Positions 13,921 to 25,975 of a DNA stretch of 64,000 nt are shown here, piece after piece (positions within the stretch are counted from its first letter, which is position 1; every line of letters starts with the position of its first letter). The DNA is from Tubiluchus corallicola (Eukaryota > Animalia > Priapulida). Both the position numbers and the translations under genes were made by a program. The notes beneath the pieces are model-generated. The model was not told the origin of the DNA. It did not search any database and was given only the letters and a program-made list of their open reading frames with translations. The stretch spans positions 310,314-374,313 of the forward strand of contig JAQGDQ010000215.1 in NCBI GenBank assembly GCA_030141605.1, written 5' to 3'.

Positions 13921-14526
13921 CAGTGCTGGCATTAACCATCAGGCAAGAAAGGCACGTGCCTTAGGGGCAACCAAAAATCCGGGCCACAAAAAAAGAAATT
14001 AAAAATTTTTAATAAGGTCTCAGGTGATGACAAAAATGTTTTCTTTTATTTTTATGTACATAAATGTTTAGTATTTTATGTTGTGGCCTTTGCGACAACG
14101 AATGAATAGGACGCTATTCAGGCAGGAATGTTGATCAGAAATTTTGTCTTAACATGGATAACACCATTTTCTCTGTTGTCAACAACGTGATTATTGCATT
14201 TCACTTTTTGAGCTAAAGCTTTGCTACAGTGTCGCTTTGTTTTCTTTAAGACCTTAATCTATTATTGGTTTCTTTTAAAGGAATACGTTCTACTGTTCTA
14301 CAGTTTACAGCAAAAGCGTGCAAAGTTGTAATCTAGCTCGCTATATGTACCAATAGTAATTACTGTAAACAATGAAAATATATTTGTTGTTCTAAATTTT
14401 TGCATAATAAATTTTCTGTACTAAGTTAAACTTTTTCCTTTTGCCGCTAAGCCCAAATTATCTGTATTTTCAGGCCGCTTAATAAAATGTGACTTAAGAC
14501 TAGCAGAGCCCTAATCCCGGCACCTG
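13921..14526. mobile_element. hAT-like MITE
   Basis: CAGTGCTGGCATTA ... TAATCCCGGCACCTG imperfect TIRs; flanks GCCGTAGT / GCGTAGT look like a degenerate 8-bp TSD. Confidence 0.6.
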
Positions 14527-14819
14527 GCGTAGTGTATAAGCTTCGAACTTCAGTTCATATGGAAACAACTAAAGTAAATGTTGTATTTTACTTTTTCCTT
14601 GGATGCAGTGGAATGGATTTCTTAAAAAAGTGTTTAACGTTAATTTAATTCGATTTTATTTTGTGAATAAGGCAGACCATAAAGAGCTTTCTTTATCTTG
14701 TTTTTAAATGTTAATGCTAAAGGAAAGAATCTCACGTTTTTCGTGGCGTCCTCATTGATTTTTATAAGAATAAAGTCGTCTTCCTCTCCACTGCCCAATG
14801 TGCCCATTCCTAAGAAAGT

Positions 14820-15918
14820 CGCTCATATGGTAAACCTTTGCTACGACAGTAACTGCACTAACACACGTAGGCTAGCAACATGGTAAACCTTTACAACGAC
14901 AGTAACTTCACTAACATACCTACGTATGTTAGTGAAGTTACTGTCGTTGTAAAGGTGCTAGCAACATTGGAAACCTCTGCTGCAAGACTAACTACACTAA
15001 CATACGTAGGCTAGCAACATGGGAAACCTCTGCTACGAGACTAACTACACAAACATACGTAGGCTAGCAACATGGGAAACGTCTGCTACGAGAGTAACTA
15101 CACTAACATACGTAGGCTAGCAACATGGGAAACCTTTGCTACGAGACTAATTACACTAACATACGTAGGCTAGCAACATGGGAAACGTCTGCTACGAGAG
15201 TAACTACACTAACATACGTGGGCTAGCAACATGGTAAACATCTGCTACAAGACTAACTACACTAACATACGTAGGCTAGCAACATGGTAAGCCTCTGCTA
15301 CGAGACTAACTACACTAACATACGTAGGCTAGCAAAATGGTAAACCTCTGCTACGAGACAAACTACACTAACATACGTAGGCTAGCAACATGGGAAACCT
15401 CTGCTACAAGACTAACTACACTAACACACGTAGGCTAGCAACATGGGAAACCTCTGATACAAGACTAACTACACTAACATACGTAGGCTAGCAACATGGG
15501 AAACATCTGCTACGAGACTAACTACACTAACATACGTAGGCTAGCAACATGGGAAACCTCTACTACGAGACTAACTACACTAACATACGTAGGCTAGCAA
15601 CATGGGAAACGTCTGCTACAAGACTAACTACACTAACATACGTAGGCTAGTAACATGGTAAACATCTGCTACGAGACAAACTACACTAACATACGTAGGC
15701 TAGCAACATGGTAAACCTCTGCTACGAGACTAACTACACTAACATACGTAGGCTAGCAAAATGGTAAACCTCTGCTACGAGACTAACTACACTAACATAC
15801 GTAGGCTAGCAACATGGGAAACCTCTGCTACAAGACTAACTACACTAACATACGTAGGCTAGCAACATGGGAAACCTCTGCTACGAGACTAACTATACTA
15901 CCATACGTAGGCTAGCAA
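14820..15918. repeat. Minisatellite, 53-bp unit (AACATACGTAGGCTAGCAACATGGGAAACCTCTGCTACGAGACTAACTACACT), about 20 copies
   Basis: Period checked (CATACGT at 15001 and 15054). Confidence 0.97.
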
Positions 15919-16689
15919 GTAATACTGAACTTTCTGACAGCTATCATTTTCCCTGAATTTCAACGTGATAGACTCTTTGACCCTAGGAGACTTTAGTTCT
16001 GGACTATTTTGTTGGATCATTATTTCTCATTGGAAACCAGAACTCACGGTCTACAAAAATCTTGTGAAAAAGGAGTATGAAAACCGGCTTCACAAATGGA
16101 GTGAAGTGTAATTAATTCCTTTACACGTGCTAGTTATAATGCTCAAGAAGCCGCTGCGAACATCCATTTCATTAATAACTGTTCACTGACAAACAGCGGA
16201 AACGATAATACTTCCGGTTTGGACAGAACTATAACGCAAGTGATGCACGGCGTCTTCCTTTGTGCGGATATTGCGTTTTAAAGGCAGATCCAAGAAACGA
16301 ACAACGTGCGTACACACGAGTACTGCCTCTGAAGTAGTAATAATAAGTCTGTTAATTACTTGCATGTTTTGGTAACAATCACAGGTAATTATGTTTCCAC
16401 AGGTGTAATGTACACGCTCAAACCAAAGTTGCGTTCCCATATCTATGTTAGTTTATACTGCAAAAATACAAATTTTCTGTAGTCTACAATTACTACATCT
16501 ACAAATCTACTGAAATAAGTGCAAGAAAATAAGTGCTACAGATTACTATGTTACACTAAAAAGCTAAAATGCATACATACATTGTTGATCCAATATTGAG
16601 TCGAGAAAAAGGCAGAATGTCAGTAAAAGGTAGCAGTATAATTATAAGTGAAATTCTAAATGTAACAGAGACGTGTGTACATAACAAGT

Positions 16690-17000
16690 TCCACCTACAC
16701 AATGTCAGAGTAGAAAAAGTAGTCTAGCTTGTTGAACTACAGTCTAATATATTGTGGCTTCCAATGCATATACTACCTTGAGAAGGGGTAATGGACCAAA
16801 ACATTTGTCCCTGCAACAACAGGTATTTTTCACAAAGTTGATGATTTCTCTTTTCCTGTCGTTATGTATACTTTTTCTTCTAGTAATATTCCACTTAAGA
16901 TAGGTTATAATGTGTTTTCTGGTCAATTATTTAGGCATGCCAGGTTATGTTCTAGTAAGCAGGTGTTTTTGGTTAGGGCAGCTAGCTTGTGTAAAATAAT
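16690..17000 (-). mobile_element. Possible Penelope-like element relic (Cys-rich linker before GIY-YIG domain)
   Basis: Minus-strand translation SIHND...NTCCCRDKCFGPL...ATIY resembles the HN...CNCR..CPL...IY linker of Penelope-like elements; heavily decayed. Confidence 0.35.
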
Positions 17001-17596
17001 GTCCAATAGGGGGGGTTACTCTACGATGAGTCCTCTTCGTTCTTATGAAAATGTTTTTAAAAGTCACCGTTTTCTTTTTTTTAAGTTTGGTTGGCGTTCA
17101 GTTAAGCAAGTGGCTGTTGCCTTGATGTGATTTTGGTGATGAGAAACTTTTCTAGCCTTTTGACGCTTTGTGGTCATGTTGAAGGAGCCCCTTCTCTTTT
17201 TTGTCATTGTTGCAGTTGGTTTACGTTGATGTTCTGTGGGTGCTTTGTATTATGTGTTATGTCTGTAGTTGCCACTTTAACATCTAAGGTTGGGCAGTCA
17301 ATGTATTATGTGTTATGTCTGTAGTTATCACTTCAACATCTAAGGTTGGGCAGTCAATGTGACTGGGTCCCCACCGGAAGAGTTTGAAGATAGTGAGAAG
17401 GGACCGAAATCTGAATCTTTTCGACGCCTGACCTGATGACCTTTTTCCTTTGGTGATAATTTTATGTGTGTGTCGTTTTAGATTCTATGATTTGCAGTTG
17501 TCTTTGTCTCTTTTTGTTGTTTGTGTGTGGTGTTGATGTCATTGAAGTTTAATTCTGAAAACAGTTATCAGACAGAATTTGGTTGCATTAAAAGAC

Positions 17597-18380
17597 AAGG
17601 CGAGGCGAGGCAAGGCAAGGCAAGGCAAAGCAAGGCAAGACGAGACGCGATCCGACACGACATGACAAGTCAAGAGAAGAGGAGATGAGATGAAATGAGA
17701 TGAGATGAGATGAGATGGGATGGGATGGGATGGGATGGGATAGGATGGCATAAGATAAGATAAGATAAGATAAGATAAGATAAGATAAGATAAGATAAGA
17801 TAAGATAAGATAAGATAAGATAAGATAAGATAAGATAAGATAAGATAAGATAAGATAAGATAAGATAAGATAAGATAAGGTAAGATAAGATAAGATAAGA
17901 TAAGATAAGATAAGATAAGATAAGATAAGATAAGATAAGATAAGATAAGATAAGATAAGATAAGATAAGATAAGATACGATACGATACGATACGATACGA
18001 TACGATACGATACGATACGATACGATACGATACGATACGATAAGATAAGTTAAGATAAGATAAGATAAGATAAGATAAGATAAGATAAGATAAGATAAGA
18101 TAAGATAAGATAAGGTAAGATACGATAAGATCCAGTCAGGACAGCCGAGGTAAGATAAGGTGAGATGAGATGAGAGGAGAGGAGACGAGACGAGACGAGA
18201 GAAACTAACCTACTGATAGATTTTACCACATTTTTCTTCCCATCCCTCGTGGTATTTTCCAGCCATGAACTGGGATTTGCACGATGAGATGAGATGGGAT
18301 GGGATGAGATGAGATGAGGGGAGAGGAGAGGAGAGGAGAGGAGAGGAGGGGAGAGGAGAGGAGAGGAGACGAGACGAGAA
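17597..18380. repeat. Compound pentanucleotide microsatellite (AAGGC, GAGAT, GGGAT, AAGAT, ACGAT, GAGAG)
   Basis: Direct reading; the tail ACTAA.CTACTGATAGATTTTACCACATTTT is duplicated at about 18204 and 18379. Confidence 0.96.
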
Positions 18381-18493
18381 CTAAACTACTGATAGATTTT
18401 ACCACATTTTCTTCCTACTGACTCTTCGAATTTAAGCCCAATAGAAAACGTGTGGTTGATTGTCAAGTTGCACCTGCAAGAGACCGACTATAC

Positions 18494-18960
18494 CAGAGGT
18501 GTGCAAATGATTTGACTAGCTGGGCCACATTAAACTTTCCCGCAATTCCTGCGGGCCGCAGGCAGTTTGATCAAGGTGCCAAGTACAGAAGGGCCTAATA
18601 ACGATTTTTTTGCATCCGACCTGCGTACATCATTACTACTACACTCAAGAAACTATTTTAGAAGTTATTAAAATTTATATTACAAACCAAATATTTCTAC
18701 TTTCAGGACAGATAGTGGTAATTTCATTGCAATGCATATTAGTAATGTGTATCACACAGTCTATGTAGTACAGTGACATTAAGCTACAACCGTCTTGTAA
18801 GGGTTTATGGCATCCGATCTAGTAGAAAAAACTACCCGCGCCATCTTTGGGATCGTGGCACGGACTTCAGCTGGATACACTCAATTAATCGCCCGGGCCG
18901 CACTTTCATTAGGTTGACAAATCTCTTTGCGGGCCGCACAAATTCTCTCGGCGACATGCC
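18494..18960. mobile_element. Possible decayed hAT (Charlie-like) MITE
   Basis: CAGAGGTGTGCAAA start and repeated subterminal GCGGGCCGCA motifs near both ends; right TIR and TSD not resolved. Confidence 0.4.
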
Positions 18961-19177
18961 GAGATCCAAATGTGGTAACATGACGCTCAGATTTCTGGAA
19001 GCTGCTGAAATTTCCTGGATTCCATGCCAAAACGAGTGGAGAAACTGATAAAAAATCAAGAGGCCATGTTATATAATGGAAAGTATGAGAGTGATTAAAA
19101 TGAGAGTGTTTAACGTGCATTTTCGTTCATTTTGCATTAGTTAAATTAATTTTGCATTAATATAAATAAATAAATAA

Positions 19178-19213
<36 letters not shown>

Positions 19214-19807
19214 TTATTTATTTATATTAGTGCAAAATTAATTATATATATATATATATATTTATATTAATATATATATTAATCTTAGCTTAAAGAATAC
19301 ATGTTAATGAATTAAATATACATTATCATAATTAATTCAGTGGGTATAATTGTAGTAGATGACATTGGTATTATTTTTGTCGAATTTACTTCCCAGTTAA
19401 GTGTAGTTTTTGTGATTAGAAATCTTCAGTACATTTGGTACGTAGCTATACAGGCCCTTTCACGTACGCTTGCTGATCAGCGTGAGAATATGATTACGTT
19501 GGCACGATGACACGTCTTTAGGGAACTTCACTCATTACTAATAGCTGTCATTTTCGACCTACATTAGCAGCATCTCAGATTCACACAGGACAATGAAAGG
19601 CCTAATTATCTAGAAATTGCTTTTAGGAATAGGAAACGTTAAATTAAAGGTACCATGCGCAATAGATGAGCTTGAATGTTAACCTATAGAATGCGCGTCA
19701 TATAATGATGCCTAATTACAATGGTGTCTAACTTACTTGAAGCAAATTAGTGTTAAAAGACGTACAAAATAAATTAACCCAAATGACTAGTTATTTATTA
19801 ATCTTAA

Positions 19808-20193
19808 AGAAAAGAACAAGTCACTCAGTATGTTGAGTTTATTTTACTGTTATCACTCAAACTTAGAAAAATATAACAAAGAAAACTGTCTATAAAGAAA
19901 AATTGTAAAATATGCTACCTCTAAATAGAAATTTTCGGGCGTGATGGCTGCCGTCATTCACTTGAAAATTATGACATAACTGGGAGACTTCGCGCTACTT
20001 TTCTTCAAGACGAATGACGTCATTGGAAGAAGAATTAATGTGAAAATGGGAGCGCCAAAGTTAAAGTGATCTCTACTTAAAGTGATTTTACTAGTTACGC
20101 GAGGCGATTACTGCAGTTTTATTACTAAATCCTTCTAACATTTTTCAAGAACATTAAAATATACTTAACGTTCCATAAAACTTGGCCTTTCAT
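19808..20193. mobile_element. Kolobok-like family A, copy 2
   Basis: TTAA|AGAAAAGAACAAG ... CTTGGCCTTTCAT|TCAA; shares long blocks (e.g. GACGAATGACGTCATTGGAAGAAGAAT) with 10771-11299 and has internal deletions. Confidence 0.72.
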
Positions 20194-21030
20194 TCAATTT
20201 AAAGATTGTTTTATTTGTTAACGGAACGAACTCAAAGTTATTGTATTTTAAAAACCAAAAGAAGGAAATGTGAAAAAATGCAAATCGGGCCTAGATTTGA
20301 ACGAGGGACCTTTGTGTTATAAGTTCATGGCCACAAATCACTAGGCTGTTCAGCACCCTGTGATCATGGCAAATCTTATTCCATTTTTTGTAGGATCCAA
20401 CCAGCCTAAGATGTTTTATTACGCAAAAGTAATGACAATCTAGTTAAATTAACATAATCAAATTAATTCAGAGCCTAGGGTAATTAGTGACCATTTAACA
20501 GTTTATATTCTTAGTAACTTTCAATGTTATTTGCTAAGAATAAAATGAATCTACAATTATTAATTTTTTGAAATTAAACTTGTACGGAGGAAGGAAATGA
20601 CAAAATGGCGGAATTGAGCCTGGGAATAATACAGTCATTTTCACACTTTTTTGTTAGGAAATTGCACAAAGTTTTTGTGGCGTATTATTTGGGTCTGCGT
20701 TCCAGATCCGTACTGCTTGTGTGTGCAACAACAAACAACAGACTTTTTAGATCACAACTGCTTGTGCTGTGTTAATAAAAGTTATCTAGCTAAAATATAT
20801 ACAGACCTATTGCCTTCTCTACAGCTCTTAGCAAACTACGTAAAGATGTAATAGATAAAGAAAGCGTGAATACATGTATGTATACGTTAAAGGAAGTTGT
20901 TATTAACATACAAAGAAAATGTGGAAACGTGCACGTGCAAAAAATAGTCCGAACTCTTTACGTTTTGTAGATGCAAGTAAGGCCGGGTTAACCATAGGAA
21001 GCTTTTGTGGTCAAATGAGTAAGATTGTGG

Positions 21031-21308
<278 letters not shown>

Positions 21309-22152
21309 TTTTACTTCAGACATTTACAGTCCATAGAACAATAAAAATAAGGCACAAGTAAACACACAGAGTTAGTTTACAGAAACATAGTAAGCTTATC
21401 TACAAGAAAGGGTTAGTTAGAATGGGTATAGAAAATTCTTTGTTCTATCTAAAAATTGTATCAGTGTTGTACAATAGTTTTCTGACATCCTGTGTGGTAG
21501 GATAATTTGCACCCTCGCATGCACTCACATGCGCACACGCATGCGTGCGCGCGACTGTTGCTCATGTGGCTGTAAAAGAAAGAAGAGAGGGATGTGTGTT
21601 GAAAGACACAATCACTTTTATTCTATGGGTAAACTGTTTTATTTATTCATTATAATCATATCTCCATAAAGTTATGTTAAAGATGTATTTGTTTTTATAG
21701 TAAAAACTATATGACATGATCAGATAGTTACTTTATGTGACTTAGCGTAACACAATAATTGTACTAAATTGCGCATTCGTCTCAGCATGTAGAGAGAGCG
21801 ACATACGAGAGATGAAATCTCCAGAATACGAATGTAAAAATTTAATGAACTTCATTGCAATAATCAGTAGCTCCAAACTTGCAAAAGGAATGAAATATGA
21901 ACAGACTTTTGTCAGAAGGTCTACAACATTCAGCCTACAGACAGAAAGGCCAGGCTGAAATTATCAAATTTGATCATGCATTCTGTTTTATGTTGCCCAT
22001 GACGAATAAACAGATTCAAAACCTACAGTGCAATAATAATAAAAATCAAAAAATTCTGCTGTGAAGCAAAGTCTAAATAATGATATCTTATTCAATCTTA
22101 TTCAATGAGAGATATAAGTATTAAGATGTTGCTTTATAACTACAATCTACAT

Positions 22153-25100
22153 TTATTCCCCAAATTCGAGGAACTTCGGATGGTGATCTATTTGTTCACC
22201 TATTTTGACCTCAACACAAACCCCATTAAGACTGTCGTCTTCCACTAATCGAATAAATGCTTGAGCGACATCTACCGGCCTGAAAAAGAAAATCTGCATG
22301 AATGTATGTATAGTGTAAAGTCCACGACACGCTGCCCGACACGTGAGATGATATTTCACCAAGACCATGATATATTCACCAAAGATTCAGAGTTTTTGTG
22401 TATGAATTATTGCTATTCAACCCCAAAAATTTATACAATTTTTGAAGCTGAATGTATTAAGATGCTGTGGGTTTTATGCAGTTAGGCACTAAGCAGTCTG
22501 GAATACGTCACGAACAACAGCTGGGTGATGTACATGATTGTGGCGGGATCAAAATCTAGCTTTTTATTAAGGGCAATCTTCTAAAACGATCGAGACACAC
22601 AGTACTGGTGGCTTGGATGTATTCCGACGCGTATTCGTTCTCCTCAACAAGGTAAACATCGAGCAGAGGTAGTATGGTAGCTGAAAACACCCGGGAGTAG
22701 TATTCTCTGGCAGTCACTTACCGAATTATGAACTAAAGCAGTATTATTTAACTTTGAATCAACTACACACCGTGACTGCCAGTTAGTCCGCTCTCTCACA
22801 GCCCATAAACCTTCCCACGTTTAACTACAAACGAGATAATGAATTATTTTCACTTCTTGTATCCAGGTAATAAAGTCACAGGCAATAAAATCACAGAAAA
22901 AAGTTACAGGAAAAAACCACAAAACAGAAATAACCCTAACCTTAAAGCCGCACAGACACGGACACTGTCTATTGCGTCCGCACAGACATGGACTTTTCTG
23001 TTGCACGTTTTACGTCCGCAAAGTTGTTTCCATTGCGTCCGCACAGACACGGACTTTTCTGTCTGCACGTTTTACGTCCGCAAAGTTGTTTCCATTGCGT
23101 CCGCACAGACACGGACTTTTCTGTCTGCACGTTTTACGTCCGCAAAGTTGTTTCCATTGCGTCCGCACAGACACGGACTTTTCTGTCTGCACGTTTTACG
23201 TCCGCAAAGTTGTTTCCATTGCGTCCGCACAGTCACGGACTTTTCTGTCTGCACGTTTTACGTCCGCAAAGTTGTTTCCATTGCGTCCGCACAGACATGG
23301 ACTTTTCTGTCTGCACGTTTTACGTCCGCAAAGTTGTTTCCATTGCGTCCGCACAGACACGGACTTTTCTGTCTGCACGTTTTACGTCCGCAAAGTTGTT
23401 TCCACTGCATCCGCACAGACACGGACTTTTCTGTCTGCACGTTTTACGTCCGCAAAGTTGTTTCCACTGCATCCGCACAGACACGGACTTTTATGTCCGT
23501 AGTAATCTTGTAAAGTCTGTGATTTTCAGATTTCTTTTGTCATATAGAGCTGCTCTAATTTATATAACGTGTGTGATTTGGCAATTAAAGTGGGGATGCG
23601 TGCGTGTACGTGGCTTTCCGTGTGGACCCGTGCGTGTATGTGGCTTTTCGTGTGCATCCGTGCGTGTACCTGGCTTTTCGTGTGCATCCGTGCGTGTACG
23701 TGGCTTTCCGTGTGCATCCGTGCGTGTACGTGGTTTTTCGTGTGGACCCGTGCGTGTACGTGGCTTTTCGTGTGCATCCATGCGTGTACGTGGTTTTTCG
23801 TGTGCACCCGTGCATGTACGTGGCTTTTCGTGTGCATCCGTGCGTGTACGTGGTTTTTCGTGTGCACCCGTGCGTGTACGCGGCTTTCCGTGTGCATCCG
23901 TGCGTGTACGTGGTTTTTCGTGTGGACCCGTGCGTGTACGCGGCTTTCCGTGTGCATCCGTGCGTGTACGTGGTTTTTCGTGTGGACCCGTGCGTGTACG
24001 TGGCTTTTCGTGTGCATCCGTGCGTGTACGTGGTTTTTCGTGTGCACCCGTGCGTGTACGTGGCTTTTCGTGTGCACCCGTGCGTGTACGTGGCTCTTCG
24101 TGTGCATCCGTGCGTGTACGTGGCTTTTCGTGTGGACGCAGTGGAAACGACAAACACGGAAAATAATGATTTGCATTGGCGCGCTAGTTTTCGATTTTTT
24201 TCCGTATGAATCGTAAAAAAGTGTCTGCGCATGTCTGTGGAAACGCGGCCTAACCCTAGCCAAAATTGCGACCTTTTCCGTGACATTCTTTCCTGTAACT
24301 TTATTACCGGTCGCCTAACTGATACTCCTATGAAATACTCGAGTTTACTCACATCAAAAATTTCGCATGTTCCATAAATTTGTTGACAAAATCAACAAAC
24401 TCCGGTTGTGGTTTCAAGTCAGTAAAAAATGCAGTATCCACAGCATAGGGACAAACAGCGTTCACTCTGATGCCAGATCCTGGAACTTCTTTCATTGCGT
24501 ATGTCTGAATTTGTGCAAAAAGAAAAAACTACTAAATTTTGTTCCTATGATTTTGGGGAAAGAGTCACACGCAAAAATAAATTTTTAATGTACAAATATG
24601 TTAATAATCTTTCGCTTAATATGTATCACCATTTTTTCAGTTGTAATAGCAGTATGTATTCATATCAAACTCGACAATACCACAAAATCTATGTTCCTAA
24701 GTGCAGAACAAACGTTATGGAGCATTCTGTCATGTATAATGGTGCTGTAATGTGGAATAATTTACCCAGTAAAATAAAACTAACCAGTAATATAAATAAA
24801 TTTAAGAAACTTTAAAAAAATATTTACTAGAAAATATTTGATTTGATAAATGATGTAAGATGTAAATTTTTACCATAATTATACAATTTTATCGTACTAA
24901 TCAGGTTTTAATCTTTTTACCGGCACTTTTAATTTATTTGCACCTACTTGTGTGCTTATATTGTACTAACCATATACTATGTATTTTCTTCTTTTAGCAG
25001 TAATTTTACTTTCTGTACATTGTCAATACGTTTTACAATGTTTTTAATGGACATATAAGTCTCTGGACTTCACTTCTTAGATGTATTATAAATAAATAAA

Positions 25101-25471
25101 AAAGTAAGAAGCAAGTTTTAATCTCTCGTTTCTCATAAATTATGAAATGATTGTGATAGAAAAAACGAATTCTTAAAATAAGAATCCGCTTGAGCAAAGA
25201 AATGGCTTTTATACAGACACAACATTTGTAACGCAGTTAAGATCGTGTTCATACAACAATCCACGTAAATAAAAACACAGTACAAAGAAGAAGAAGAATA
25301 CAAAAATCAGCAATATCATCTATTTTATTCTAGTTCAAAGGGGTCCATTACCTGAGAGACAGTTTGCATAAATCCAACCACTCCAAACTTTGTTGCACAG
25401 TATCCACTTGCTGAGGGTGGACCTGGAGCGAGTCCTAAAAATAAACGTAGCTATTTTAAGCCTGGGATCTG

Positions 25472-25542
<71 letters not shown>

Positions 25543-25844
25543 ATGCTCGTCACGTCTATTGTAGACATTGGACAGGCAGAATTCTAAAGTAAAAGAAATC
25601 TGCCTTCAGACAGGCAAACGCAGCAGTAATCCAGCAAAAAACTAAACACTGCTACGCCAGTGGCTCATCAGCACCACTTCCGAAAAAAGACTACCATTGT
25701 TAGGCCTAGAGCCGCCTTCACGACAGGCTCCAATATCCACCCCACATCCCGTTCCACGTGTCACGGTGTTATGTTAGGGCTTATACCATTTTTATTTGCT
25801 CATTTTGAATGTATTAAGTTATAAATGTATATATATATATATAC

Positions 25845-25914
<70 letters not shown>

Positions 25915-25934
25915 ATATGTATATATGTATATAA

Positions 25935-25975
<41 letters not shown>

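Larger units (their letters stand above)
22863..24310. mobile_element. Non-autonomous TIR element carrying two internal tandem arrays (HPGD-like gene, last intron)
   Basis: CCAGGTAATAAAGTCACAGG (22863) is the inverted match of CCTGTAACTTTATTACCGG (ends 24310); subterminal TAACCCTAACC / CCTAACCCTAGCC motifs. Confidence 0.7.

Noticed and set aside
14820-15918. CRISPR-like appearance of regular repeats (also 31378-32942 and 56377-57162)
   Set aside because: Units are head-to-tail with no unique spacers, no cas genes are present, and the DNA is eukaryotic.
22839-24352. Several 170-390 aa ORFs on both strands
   Set aside because: Produced by the 62-bp and 30-bp arrays inside an intronic element.
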